Assembly: GCA_030607835.1 (NCBI GenBank)
Contig: JAUWJE010000001.1
Location: 1-35,255, forward strand
DNA from: Candidatus Fermentibacterota bacterium
GTDB taxonomy: Bacteria > Fermentibacterota > Fermentibacteria > Fermentibacterales > JCC-6
Length of the DNA: 35,255 nt
Direction of reading: 5' to 3'
The notes beneath the pieces were generated by a model. The model searched no databases and was not told where the DNA came from. It worked only from the letters and a program-made list of their open reading frames with translations. Position numbers and translations under genes: made by a program. This document shows, one piece after another, positions 1-9,126 of the stretch. Within the stretch, counting starts at the first letter, position 1, and each line of letters opens with the position of its first letter.

Positions 1-2
1 CT

Positions 3-587
3 TTCTGCAGAAACCTGGATCGCTTCCAGAAGCTTGCATGTTCTTTCTCTATTCCTCAACCTGTTGGATTCAGGGCTCCCAGTTTCTCAATGACTTCCGG
101 AACAAAATGGGTTGTTGATGAAATTGTTGCCCGTGGTTACAAATATGACAGTAGCGTTTATCCCATGTTCAGGCATCGTTACGGCACACCATGCGCTCCA
201 CTCTTTCCATTTGAGCTGGAGGGCGATAAGCGATCAATTCTTGAATTACCCCTGGCTTCCATTCAATGTATGGGAGTAAAGCTGCCGGCAGCAGGCGGAG
301 CTTACATGAGATTCTATCCAGGCATCTTTCACAGAATTATTATCAGAAGTATCTCCAGAACTGGCAGAATCCCTGTTCTTTATTTCCATCCTTGGGAAAT
401 TGATTCTTTCAATGTCTCCAATAGGATGAGTGCTCTCCAACGCTTCAGACAACATCACAATTCTGGTGAAAAGACTACTGAACGGCTCAAACGAATACTC
501 AGAATCTACCGCGGTGTTACGCTTGACGAACTTGCATGTGAAATGAAAGATGTTAATCTGTTTAAACTCGAGTCCCTTGGTGAATAA
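3..587 (+). CDS. Polysaccharide deacetylase family protein, C-terminal part (DUF3473-like). The 5' end lies outside the window.
   Basis: The frame of the 90..587 ORF stays open back to nt 3 (...LDRFQKLACSFSIPQPVGFRAPSFSMTSG...). GFRAPSFS, YDSSVYPM, HRYG and FHPWE resemble deacetylase/DUF3473 proteins as I remember them. The stop is at 585-587. Confidence 0.6.
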   Translation, partial: FCRNLDRFQKLACSFSIPQPVGFRAPSFSMTSGTKWVVDEIVARGYKYDSSVYPMFRHRYGTPCAPLFPFELEGDKRSILELPLASIQCMGVKLPAAGGAYMRFYPGIFHRIIIRSISRTGRIPVLYFHPWEIDSFNVSNRMSALQRFRQHHNSGEKTTERLKRILRIYRGVTLDELACEMKDVNLFKLESLGE

Positions 588-601
588 AGGAAGTGAAGAA
601 G

Positions 602-623
602 CCCGGAATTTCTTCATTCCGGG
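602..623. terminator. Bidirectional intrinsic-terminator-like hairpin between convergent genes
   Basis: CCCGGAAT-ttcttc-ATTCCGGG is a perfect 8-bp inverted repeat followed by TTT. It sits between the stop codons at 587 (+) and 653 (-). Confidence 0.55.
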
Positions 624-652
624 TTTCTATATATACTTGAAGGGTTATTAGA

Positions 653-820
653 TCAGGGAGCGTCTATTGCTCCAACAGGACATGCGGGAACACATGCTCC
701 GCAATCTATGCAGGCATCCTGATCTATCGTGTACTTTTCTCCTTCGCTGATGGCGTCAACGGGACATTCCGGCATGCATGCTCCGCAGGCAATACAATCG
801 TCATTAATGGTGTGTGCCAT
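653..820 (-). CDS. 2x[4Fe-4S] ferredoxin, 55 aa (below the ORF-track size cut-off)
   Basis: Minus-strand ATG at 820-818 and TGA at 655-653. My own translation is [55 protein letters not shown]. It carries two CxxCxxCxxxCP cluster-binding motifs typical of clostridial-type ferredoxins. Confidence 0.85.
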   Translation of the reverse strand: MAHTINDDCIACGACMPECPVDAISEGEKYTIDQDACIDCGACVPACPVGAIDAP

Positions 821-877
821 TCTTTTCCTTTCCTTTTCCGTATACAGACTTCTTCTCTTAACAATTACAGGTAAGCG

Positions 878-906
878 ACTATATCTATTGCTAAATAACC
901 GGTCAA
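878..906 (-). promoter_or_regulatory. Sigma70-like promoter for the ferredoxin gene
   Basis: The minus strand reads TTGACC (906-901), a 17-nt spacer, then TATAGT (883-878). This lies about 55 nt upstream of the ferredoxin ATG, immediately downstream of the parB stop codon (911-909). A purine-rich AAGGAAAGGAAAAGA precedes the ATG. Confidence 0.5.
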
Positions 907-908
907 CT

Positions 909-1787
909 TCATTGAACGCTTCTCTTTGCTCCGGATCTTATGAGATCAAGTATTCTATCCAGCTCATCAAGGCTATGGTAACTTATTTCAATTCTACCCT
1001 TTTTTCCTGTGCCCCTGATTCTCACTCTTGTTTTAAGAAGTCGCTGGAGAGTTTCCACCAATTCCTTTTCCTCCGGAGATGTTGCTCCTTTCATTGCTGC
1101 AGGTTTCCGCTTTGGTCCTGCAACAAGCAGTCGGATTTTTTCTTCAAGCTGTCTTACTGACATGCTTCTCTTTAACGCTACAACCGCTGCCCTCTGCATG
1201 GCTGATGAATCATTAAGACCAAGAAGAGCTTTTCCGTGCCCCATTTGAAGCTGCCCTTCCCTGAGCATTTTCTGGACTGAATCTGGCAAATCAAGCAGTC
1301 GCAAGAAGTTAGCAACAGAGGATCTGTTCATACCCACTCTATTTCCCATGTCCTCCTGAGTAAGATTAAACTCGCTCGACAGTCTTTTGAAGGCTTCCGC
1401 TTTTTCCATGGGTCCAAGATCCTGGCGCTGGATATTCTCTACCAGAGCAAGAGCAAGCATCTGCTCTTTGTTAGCCTCTCTGACAATTACAGGAACTCTA
1501 TTAAGACCTGCTTCTCTGGCTGCGCGCAGACGCCTTTCTCCGGCAATCAGCTGGAATCTTTTTCCCTCTTTTCTCAGAATAAGAGGTTGTATAATTCCCT
1601 GCGATCGAATTGAAGCTGCCAGCGAAGCGATTTCTTCAGGTTTCCATTCCTTTCTCGGCTGGAAAGGATTTGGATCTATAAGATTGATATCAACTTCCAT
1701 TGACTTAATGGTATAACTTTCATCGTCGATTTCCGGGAATATTTCTTCAAGTCCCTTGCCAAGAGCTTTGCGCTTCCGTGTTGTCAC
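909..1787 (-). CDS. parB: Chromosome partitioning protein ParB/Spo0J
   Basis: 292 aa. [17 protein letters not shown] and an HTH region ([23 protein letters not shown]) are classic ParB motifs. GTG start in a GTGA overlap with the parA stop. Confidence 0.95.
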   Translation of the reverse strand: MTTRKRKALGKGLEEIFPEIDDESYTIKSMEVDINLIDPNPFQPRKEWKPEEIASLAASIRSQGIIQPLILRKEGKRFQLIAGERRLRAAREAGLNRVPVIVREANKEQMLALALVENIQRQDLGPMEKAEAFKRLSSEFNLTQEDMGNRVGMNRSSVANFLRLLDLPDSVQKMLREGQLQMGHGKALLGLNDSSAMQRAAVVALKRSMSVRQLEEKIRLLVAGPKRKPAAMKGATSPEEKELVETLQRLLKTRVRIRGTGKKGRIEISYHSLDELDRILDLIRSGAKRSVQ

Positions 1788-2545
1788 TTTTGCAGTACCT
1801 CCTTCGCCAGATTGAGATAACTTGCGGCCCCCTTCGATCTAGCATCATAAAGAAGTGCTGGCATACCGTAACTTGGTGCCTCGCCAAGCTTTACATTTCG
1901 CGGAATACATGTGTTGTACAAAATTGAACCAAGGTGCTCTTTAACATCCTCAGCAACTTCTCGACTGAGTTTCAGGCGGCTATCATACATTGTCAGCACA
2001 ACACCGTTTATTGAAAGATTCGGATTCCAGCGTTCCCGAATGTTCTTTACTGTATTCATCAAATGGGAAAGACCCTCTAGTGCATAATACTCGCTCTGCA
2101 ACGTAATCAGCACTTCTGTTGCCGCAACAAGAGCATTAATTGTAAGCAGTCCCAGTGACGGAGGACAGTCAATAAGCACATAATCGAATCTGTCTACACT
2201 GCCCTCCAGAGCTTCTAAGAGAACGTACTCTCTTTCCTCTGCTCCTGCGAGCTCGATCTCGATACCCGCAAGATCGCGAGATCCCTGCACGAGAAAAAGT
2301 CCTTCCACTTCTGTTGTTGTTATCACCTCATCCAGACTGTGCTTTCCGAGGATAAGTGAACAAATATTCTTTTCCGAATCGTTGTCCAGACCAAATCCGC
2401 TGGTGGCATTCGTCTGAGGATCAAAATCAATCAGCAGGATTTCTTTGTTATTCATTGCCATGCTCGCGCCAAGGTTGATGACTGTAGTTGTTTTACCAAC
2501 ACCGCCCTTCTGGTTTGCTACAGCGATGATGCTGGTTTCATTCAT
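1784..2545 (-). CDS. parA: Chromosome partitioning ATPase ParA/Soj
   Basis: 253 aa. It has the deviant Walker A motif NQKGGVGKTTT and ParA-type motifs (IDFDPQ, LIDCPPSLG). It sits directly upstream of parB. Confidence 0.95.
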   Translation of the reverse strand: MNETSIIAVANQKGGVGKTTTVINLGASMAMNNKEILLIDFDPQTNATSGFGLDNDSEKNICSLILGKHSLDEVITTTEVEGLFLVQGSRDLAGIEIELAGAEEREYVLLEALEGSVDRFDYVLIDCPPSLGLLTINALVAATEVLITLQSEYYALEGLSHLMNTVKNIRERWNPNLSINGVVLTMYDSRLKLSREVAEDVKEHLGSILYNTCIPRNVKLGEAPSYGMPALLYDARSKGAASYLNLAKEVLQK

Positions 2546-2598
2546 ATACAGCCCTTTTCAAAACTAAACCCCGTCAGACAGTGTATACTTATTCAATA

Positions 2599-3219
2599 TC
2601 AGGAACAGGTTCGATACTGCACCAGAAATCCTGGTCGGTCAAGCGGAGGACAATGCAAATTTATATACTTATTTCCTTTGATCAGCTCTTTATCAGGTGG
2701 TATCCTGTAAACCAGTATTGACTTTTCGTCTGTTTTCTTCCGAATCATTGAAAGAAGAACTTCCGGTGGTGCCACTGTTCTTGCGACGAATTGATTTCCA
2801 AGAATGTCCGGATTGACATTTTCCATTCTGACAGGAATTGCTTCCGTATCTGCCAGGCCGAGTTGTTTAATCACATCAGATAGAAACTGATGTCTTTTTC
2901 TTCTTGGTTCCAGAAGGGTCATATCCATACCAAGAATTCCCAGCACAAGCCCTGGAAATCCCGCGCCGCTGCCTATATCAACAACTTTGTGGTTCCATTC
3001 GAGAAGTGGAATATATGATATTGATTCCAGAATATGTCGTCTCCATAACCTGTTGATTTCGAGGGGTCCTATCAGATTTGTTTCCAATGATCTCCTCGAT
3101 AGAATGTCTGCATATTCCATCAGCAATTCCGCCTGTTCATCTTTTAGATCAAACTCAAGCAATCCGCAGTCATTCTTCATCCTGCTCTTCGTGGGAAAGG
3201 ATTGTGTCAGGTAAGTCAT
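2599..3219 (-). CDS. rsmG: 16S rRNA (guanine527-N7)-methyltransferase RsmG (GidB)
   Basis: SAM-binding motif DIGSGAGFPGLVLGI. I prefer the ATG at 3219 (MTYLTQ...) because it forms an ATGA overlap with the mnmG stop. The track ORF extends to 3252. Confidence 0.88.
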   Translation of the reverse strand: MTYLTQSFPTKSRMKNDCGLLEFDLKDEQAELLMEYADILSRRSLETNLIGPLEINRLWRRHILESISYIPLLEWNHKVVDIGSGAGFPGLVLGILGMDMTLLEPRRKRHQFLSDVIKQLGLADTEAIPVRMENVNPDILGNQFVARTVAPPEVLLSMIRKKTDEKSILVYRIPPDKELIKGNKYINLHCPPLDRPGFLVQYRTCS

Positions 3220-3244
3220 CTCTCTGTTCCCTTTTTGGAGGAAC

Positions 3245-3260
3245 TGTTCCACGTGGAACG
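3245..3260. promoter_or_regulatory. parS-like ParB binding site
   Basis: TGTTCCACGTGGAACg contains the perfect 14-bp palindrome GTTCCACGTGGAAC. It matches the Firmicutes-type parS consensus tGTTNCACGTGAAACa at 14 of 16 positions, or 15 of 16 against the symmetric form built from two TGTTCCAC half-sites. Confidence 0.75.
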
Positions 3261-4475
3261 CTTTCCTGCAAGATACAGCAGGAGACCCTCCAGATCGGTT
3301 GGTCTAATTCCGGGAATTCTTCCTGCGTCAGCAAGTGTTTGAGGTTTCGCTATTTCCAGTACTTCTCTGGCTTCCCAGCAGATCTCCTTTATCTCCATAT
3401 ATGATGGAATACTGCTCAGACTGACTGATGAGGCTCTTCTTCTTGACTCATCCCGTTTCAGGCTTCGTCTTATATAGCCGCTGTATTTCTCATCAAGCAT
3501 TATTGAGAAGATTATATCTTTGTTGAACGATGCAAGCTCTGGAATCAGTTCAACCAACCGTTCTGCTTCCGCTCCTGGTCTTCTGCACCACAGCGCAGCC
3601 TGACATCCTTCAATAACACTCTTATCAAGCACTTTCTCTATCTTAACCGCTTCATTTATGTTGCCCTCGAGCAGTATCGATTTTCTTTCTGACAGAACAC
3701 CTATCGATTTACCGAACTCATAAAGGCGTCTGTCGGCATTGTCCTGTCTTAAATGCAATCTGTTTTCTGCTCTGGAGGAAAACAGTCTGTAAGGCTCGTC
3801 CGTTCCCTTTGATACTATATCATCTATCATAACACCCAGGTATGAATTGCTTCTCAAGGGAATAAGCAATTTTTCACCTTTTCCAGCCCTTGCAGCGTTT
3901 GCTCCAGCAAGAAGCCCCTGTGCTGCAGCTTCTTCGTATCCTGATGTTCCGCACATCTGTCCGGCGACAAATACATTTTCAGTTCTTCTCAACCTTAAAG
4001 CTGGTGTTATTTCTGTATGATGAATAAATGAATACTCCACAGCATAGCCATAGTCAGCGATAATCGCTTCTTTGAAACCTGGCAGCGTACGAACCATCTT
4101 TTCCTGTGCTTCTGCAGGCAGACTGCTTGAAAGCCCATTCAGATAAACATCCTTGACCTGTAACCCATTGGCTCAACGTAGATATTGTGCTGTTCTCTTT
4201 CCGGAAATTTGACTACTTTATCTTCATAACTCGGGCAGTACCTTGGTCCTTTTCCATCAATTCGTCCGGCAAGCAGCGGTGAAAGATGCAGATATTCTTC
4301 TGCCGCTATCTTCGTGTTTCTGTTCGTTTTTGTTAAGTAGCATATTTCATGGTTAGTTGATCGATCACCTCTGTCGAAGCTGAATCTGAAATCTGTCTCT
4401 TCCTGCTCCTGGATACAGAGATCTCTGGTATCTACGGATGTTCTGACTATCCTGGGTGGTGTTCCGGTTTTGAAA

Positions 4476-4491
4476 CGTTCCACGTGGAACA
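4476..4491. promoter_or_regulatory. parS-like ParB binding site
   Basis: cGTTCCACGTGGAACA carries the same perfect 14-bp palindrome as 3245-3260, 1231 bp away. Both sites lie inside mnmG, close to parAB. Confidence 0.75.
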
Positions 4492-5058
4492 ATCGTCTTC
4501 TTATGTCTTCCTCGAGGTTATCAGCGGCAATATCCCCTATTCTTCCGCCGCTCCATTCACACTGCCCTCTGAAGAGTCTTCCCCTGAGAAAAGTGCCCAC
4601 AGCAAGAACCACTGTTCTTCCATAAATCGGGCCGTTCTTTCTGCACCTGATTCCCTCAGGCCTATCTGTGTACCCTTCCAGCGCCATAACTTCATCTTCA
4701 ATGATTCCAATTCCTCTGTTGAACAGATTCTGCCTCTGATAATGAGCGTAAGCGGCTGCATCCGACTGCACTCTCGGACCCCATACGGCCGGACCTTTTC
4801 TTCTGTTAAGCATTCTGAAATGAAGTCCGGTAGCATCAGCTGCTTTCCCCATGGATCCATCAAGAGAGTCTATTTCACGGACAAGTGTTCCCTTCGCTAT
4901 ACCGCCTATTGCCGGGTTACATGACATTTCACCAATTCTGTCATACTTCGCCGTTATAAGAAGGACGCTGCAACCCATTCTTTCAGCGGCAAGGACAGCT
5001 TCTATTCCCGCGTGACCTCCGCCAACAACTATTACATCAACAGGATTTTCAGAATTCT

Positions 5059-6360
5059 TCATTTTCCAACGCACATGCTTGAAAGAGCTCTTTCCACGCT
5101 TAGAATCAGATTCTCTCCTTTTCCAAGGATACTTCGGATCTCCCTTTCAGCCTCATTAAGATGCTCGGATGCTATGGCGAATTCATCTCCAATTACAAAT
5201 TCCTCAGCCGTTTGCAGATGGTTCACTATTCTGTCTATTGCCCCGACGAGTGACATGTTTCCAGGAGATGTAGAAATCCATTCTTTTACTAGAGAGAGCC
5301 CTTCTCCGGTTACGGAAGACAGTCTTCTTATCTTATTATGTTCTCCGAGGTGCTGTGTGGAAACAGGATTCAAATCACATTTGCTTGCTATTTCCAGGAT
5401 TTCAGGAGATTTTTCTTTAAGTTCTTCAGGAGGGCTTATTCTACCTTCCAGCGACATCCATACGACTTTATCGCATGATTGTATTTCATGCAACACCATT
5501 TTAGATGCCTGCAGATCAAGCCCTTCTCCACCTGTTCCAGCTGTGTCACACAGGAGAATTTTCCGTCCCCTGATCTCTATATTTTCTCTTGTTCCATCCC
5601 TTGTTGTTCCTGGACTATCTGACACAAGAGCTTTTCCTCCTCCGACCAGTATATTGAAAAGTGTCGATTTGCCGGAATTGACTGGACCCATCAAAAACAC
5701 CTTCTGGCCAGCTTCTATGCTGCCTGCTCTCAGCGCAAGTTTCTCTGCCGCTTTAAGTAATGACGAAAGCTCCTTAAGAATTATCATTCTCTCTGAATCA
5801 AGATGAGGTTCCCCGAATTCTATATCCCCCTCAAGTAGCTCTTTTGCTTTTTCAATTAGAATAATGAATTCTTCGCATTCCATGCCGAATCTTCCTGAAA
5901 TATTTCCTGGTTCACTTTTTGCATTCCAGATTGATGCAAGTGCCATAATCTGTAATGCTTTGAGCTTCCCTGATATGAACGCTCTCCTTGTAAATTCACC
6001 CTTATCTGCTTTCCCAGCTCCATGTCTTATGAGAAGATCCATAATCCTTCTGACGATTTCCGGAACTCCGTGACATGTAATCTCGACCATTTCCTCTCCT
6101 GTGTAACTTCTTTCAGCCGGCCATGAAAAAGCTACGACTTCATCAATAACCTCTCCATTTTCAGAAATGATCCCCAATTTCCTTCTCATTCCACTGAGTC
6201 TTCCGGGTTGCAGCAACATAATTTTCTCTATAAGGTCGAAGGATCCGTTACCGCTCACTCTTATAACTGCAAGCGCTGAATATCCTTCGGGTGTGGCTGG
6301 AGCGCATATTATCTCAGGAGAGATATTACGCGCTGTATCCTGACTATTTTCTATTTGCAT
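5059..6360 (-). CDS. mnmE: tRNA modification GTPase MnmE (TrmE)
   Basis: 433 aa. G-domain motifs GPVNSGKST and DTAG are present, and the C-terminal ...CVGK matches the conserved MnmE C(I/V)GK end. Confidence 0.95.
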   Translation of the reverse strand: MQIENSQDTARNISPEIICAPATPEGYSALAVIRVSGNGSFDLIEKIMLLQPGRLSGMRRKLGIISENGEVIDEVVAFSWPAERSYTGEEMVEITCHGVPEIVRRIMDLLIRHGAGKADKGEFTRRAFISGKLKALQIMALASIWNAKSEPGNISGRFGMECEEFIILIEKAKELLEGDIEFGEPHLDSERMIILKELSSLLKAAEKLALRAGSIEAGQKVFLMGPVNSGKSTLFNILVGGGKALVSDSPGTTRDGTRENIEIRGRKILLCDTAGTGGEGLDLQASKMVLHEIQSCDKVVWMSLEGRISPPEELKEKSPEILEIASKCDLNPVSTQHLGEHNKIRRLSSVTGEGLSLVKEWISTSPGNMSLVGAIDRIVNHLQTAEEFVIGDEFAIASEHLNEAEREIRSILGKGENLILSVERALSSMCVGK

Positions 6361-6413
6361 ATTGATCCGGCAGCCTTAATCTTCCGCGGTGGTCTGGATG
6401 AATCCCTTTCCGA

Positions 6414-8024
6414 TCAGGCTTCTTCCTTCTCCAGCTTTCGTTTGATCATTTCCTGCTGGGCAATCGTCAGCAGATTATTAGTAAACCAGTAAAGAGTCAA
6501 ACCTGCTGGAAAGCGCATGAACAGGAATGTCATGAATATCGGCATCATGTACATCATGCCTTTTTGCTTCTGATCTGTCATTGTCATTTTCTGCTGGAAG
6601 AACATTGCCAGACCCATCAGCACTGCCAGCAGTCCAAGGCCATGAAGGCCCAGAATAGGGGGTTGAAGTTTGATGAGAATTTCAGGATGTGAAAGGTCCT
6701 GAATCCACATCATGAAGGGAGCTCCTCTAAGTTGAACCGAATTAGCAAGTACTCTGTAGAGGGCAAAGAAGACCGGCATCTGCATCAGCATCGGCAGACA
6801 TCCGCCCAGTGGGTTAACTCCCTCTTCCCGGTAGAGTTTCTGCATTGCAGTCTGGAGCGCTTTCGGGTCATTCTTGAATTTCTCCTGGAGCGCTTTCATC
6901 TTAGGTTGAACCTGCTTGAGTTTCGCCATTGATTTGAAACTCTTGTTTGTAAGCGGCAAAAGAACCAGTTTCAGCGCCAGTGCAAGCACTATTATCTTTA
7001 TTCCCCAGTTACTTACAAAAGAAATTACGGTAGTACAAAACCAGAAGAGTAGTCTTCCAATTTCCCTGATGAATGGCCATCCGAAATCCACCAGCCTGCT
7101 GGTGTCTCCTCCCAGTCTCCGTAATCTTCCATAGTCAAGGGGTCCAGCGAAAACTTTTACTCTTGTATCCTGAATTCCAATTGATGGAGATTCTTCAGGT
7201 CCTGATGGGAGAATGTATCCGTATGCTCTTTCGAATGATTCCGGTATCAGAATAATCGCGAAGTAATGAGATCTTGCGGCAATCCACCTGACATTTCCCA
7301 CTTGCTCTACTTCGTTGATATCATCGGATTTCCTGTCTTTTACCTTCTCCGCATTCCACTGCGCCTTGAAATATCTTGAAGCATTAACGTTCTGTTCACT
7401 CACCGGAAGCACACCCGCAGGAATGCTTACCATCTCATCAAACCCGACTGACTCAACACTGAATCCGTAATGATCAGGTGTAAATGTATACCTTACTTCT
7501 CTTTCATCATCTGTGAACAGTATCAATGTTTGTGGCTGTTCATCGATTATCAGAGTGTCTTGGGAATCAGTGGCAAACGCTATACCTCTATCAAGCCAAT
7601 TGCTTCCATTGAAGTTAATACTTCTTCCTTCTCCTGCGCCCGGCATATCTTCGAATTGAGGAAGTTCCCAGCTTCTGATCGCGCCGCCATGCGTTGTTAC
7701 TTCTGCATATACCAAATCCTCGCCATTACCCCTGATTATTACTGTTATTACTCTTTCATCTGGCTCATCCAGTGTTTTTTCAGTAACATCAGTTGCAAGT
7801 GTATCTTCATATACTTTCACCGACAGAGTATCCACCGGAGGAGTTTTAACCACCTCTGAATCTTCCGGAACAGTTATTTGTTCAGGAGGGATTTGAGCTG
7901 TAACAGTTGTCTGTGTATTCACCGAATCGGTTCCCGAGCCGGTTTTTCCCATGAATTGCCAGCTGATAAACAACACTGCCGCCATTAGAACTGCCGCTAC
8001 AAGTAGCCTTTTTTGATCACTCAT
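6414..8024 (-). CDS. yidC: Membrane protein insertase YidC
   Basis: An N-terminal TM segment and a large periplasmic domain, then the conserved C-terminal 60-kDa insertase core (GWPFI..., GCLPMLMQMPVFFALY, LYWFTNNLLTIAQQ). I prefer the ATG at 8024 (MSDQKR...) because it forms an ATGA overlap with the yidD stop. The track start is 8039. Confidence 0.9.
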   Translation of the reverse strand: MSDQKRLLVAAVLMAAVLFISWQFMGKTGSGTDSVNTQTTVTAQIPPEQITVPEDSEVVKTPPVDTLSVKVYEDTLATDVTEKTLDEPDERVITVIIRGNGEDLVYAEVTTHGGAIRSWELPQFEDMPGAGEGRSINFNGSNWLDRGIAFATDSQDTLIIDEQPQTLILFTDDEREVRYTFTPDHYGFSVESVGFDEMVSIPAGVLPVSEQNVNASRYFKAQWNAEKVKDRKSDDINEVEQVGNVRWIAARSHYFAIILIPESFERAYGYILPSGPEESPSIGIQDTRVKVFAGPLDYGRLRRLGGDTSRLVDFGWPFIREIGRLLFWFCTTVISFVSNWGIKIIVLALALKLVLLPLTNKSFKSMAKLKQVQPKMKALQEKFKNDPKALQTAMQKLYREEGVNPLGGCLPMLMQMPVFFALYRVLANSVQLRGAPFMMWIQDLSHPEILIKLQPPILGLHGLGLLAVLMGLAMFFQQKMTMTDQKQKGMMYMMPIFMTFLFMRFPAGLTLYWFTNNLLTIAQQEMIKRKLEKEEA

Positions 8025-8263
8025 TTGCGATTCTCCCATTTGTCAGGAACGGGATCGTATCCGCCTTTTTTGAATGGATGACATTTTAGAATCCGCAGAA
8101 CAGACAGCCATCCTCCTCTTATCGCTCCGAACCTTGTTAATGCTGTTTCCGCATATCTGCTGCAGGTTGGTGTGTAAATGCAACTCTGAGGAAACAATGG
8201 TGAAATAAGTTTCCTGTAAACCTTAACAAAGGCAATAAGAAGGACTGATACGCTTATTTTCAT
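8021..8263 (-). CDS. yidD: Membrane protein insertion efficiency factor YidD
   Basis: 80 aa. YRKLISPLFPQSCIYTPTCSRYAETAL and GGYDPVP are hallmark YidD motifs. ATGA overlap with the rnpA stop. Confidence 0.9.
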   Translation of the reverse strand: MKISVSVLLIAFVKVYRKLISPLFPQSCIYTPTCSRYAETALTRFGAIRGGWLSVLRILKCHPFKKGGYDPVPDKWENRK

Positions 8264-8664
8264 TCCGGTTGACTTTTCTTTGTCGACTGATCCGTTACCT
8301 CGTTACTCTTTTTTCTTATCTGTCTATTTTCCTGCCTGTTTTTTCTGGTTTCCTCTATTTCTACAAGCAGTTCCACAAAATCTTTCTTTATTCTCTCCCA
8401 GTTATTTTTCAAAAGCTTACCCTCAGGCAATATAACAACGTCTGCGCCAGTGTCTGCTCCTTTTTCTCTTGAAAGATGCCGCAGTCTTCTTCGTATCAAA
8501 TTTCTCTTGACAGCGTTGCCGCTCTTTGCGGACAATGAAAACCCCAGGCGAATAATGCCCAGGGAATTCAATCTGTATACCGCCCTGAAAGATGTTCCTC
8601 TGAAAGCACTGCCATTCCTCAGGATCCTTCTGAACTGGTATCCCTTCCTCAGGGTATTCTTCAT
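8260..8664 (-). CDS. rnpA: Ribonuclease P protein component RnpA, with a roughly 35-aa Lys/Arg/Glu-rich C-terminal tail
   Basis: Located between rpmH and yidD. It is basic and contains the RNR-like motif AVKRNLIRRRLR. Confidence 0.85.
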   Translation of the reverse strand: MKNTLRKGYQFRRILRNGSAFRGTSFRAVYRLNSLGIIRLGFSLSAKSGNAVKRNLIRRRLRHLSREKGADTGADVVILPEGKLLKNNWERIKKDFVELLVEIEETRKNRQENRQIRKKSNEVTDQSTKKSQPE

Positions 8665-8675
8665 TTCAGATAATA

Positions 8676-8810
8676 TCAGGGAATCAAATTCTTTCTACCC
8701 TTACGTCGTCTTGTATTAAGTACTTTCCTGCCATTCTTACTTGCCATTCTCGCTCTGAATCCATGTCGTCTTGCTTTTGAAATATTGCTTGGCTGAAATG
8801 TTCTTTTCAT
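8676..8810 (-). CDS. rpmH: 50S ribosomal protein L34 (not in the ORF track)
   Basis: My own translation is [44 protein letters not shown] (44 aa). It is near-identical in pattern to bacterial L34 and sits in the canonical rpmH-rnpA position. Confidence 0.95.
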   Translation of the reverse strand: MKRTFQPSNISKARRHGFRARMASKNGRKVLNTRRRKGRKNLIP

Positions 8811-9054
8811 TTTCTTCACTCTCTCCGGAAAACCAGACTTGACGCAGTCAGGATTCCTCCATCAGTATCACCAGTAAGTATAAATATTGATTTCAATGTT
8901 CAGCGATTATGAAAGTTAGCCAATAGAATGCTTTCTGTCAAGTATTTGCAGTAAACACTAATTGTCTGAAAAAGGTTTTCAACATTATGTTGACTATATT
9001 TACAGGGTCATTCTTCATATGTTTGTGTGTCAGTAATTTATGATACTCTTTTTC

Positions 9055-9075
9055 TGTGGATTCTCCTGTGGATAT
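9055..9075. promoter_or_regulatory. Two DnaA-box-like 9-mers in the rpmH-dnaA divergent intergenic region
   Basis: TGTGGATTC (9055-9063) and TGTGGATAT (9067-9075) compare with consensus TGTGGATAA. A weaker TTTTCAACA lies at 8976-8984. The region marks the gene-strand switch point. Confidence 0.5.
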
Positions 9076-9126
9076 ATGTGACAAATTGCTGCAAGTTATA
9101 GCGTTAGACTTTCGCCAACGATTGGA

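Larger units (their letters stand above)
3216..5062 (-). pseudogene. mnmG: tRNA uridine 5-carboxymethylaminomethyl modification enzyme MnmG (GidA), split into two ORFs by a single-nt frameshift near 4162-4167. This is either a true pseudogene or an assembly error.
   Basis: The N-terminal ORF has the FAD fold (VIVVGGGHAGIEA) and ends ...HNIYVEPMGYRSRMFI*. The adjacent frame reads ANGLQVKDVYLNGLSSSLPAEAQEKMVRTLPG and continues into the C-terminal ORF 3216..4097. Together they reconstruct a protein of about 615 aa. The likely start at 5062 forms an ATGA overlap with the mnmE stop. Confidence 0.85.

Noticed and set aside
729-1160. 143-aa plus-strand ORF
   Set aside because: It is antisense to the ferredoxin gene and the 3' end of parB, both of which have strong motif support. 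Its sequence is low-complexity Ser/Leu/Phe-rich.
4139-4170. Programmed -1 ribosomal frameshift as the explanation for the split mnmG
   Set aside because: There is no X XXY YYZ slippery heptamer and no obvious downstream stimulatory structure at the junction. An indel next to a G/T run is the simpler explanation.
5012-5806. 264-aa plus-strand ORF
   Set aside because: It is fully antisense to mnmE, which has clear GTPase motifs. It is Ser/Pro/Leu-rich with no recognisable motif, which is the typical shadow-ORF pattern.
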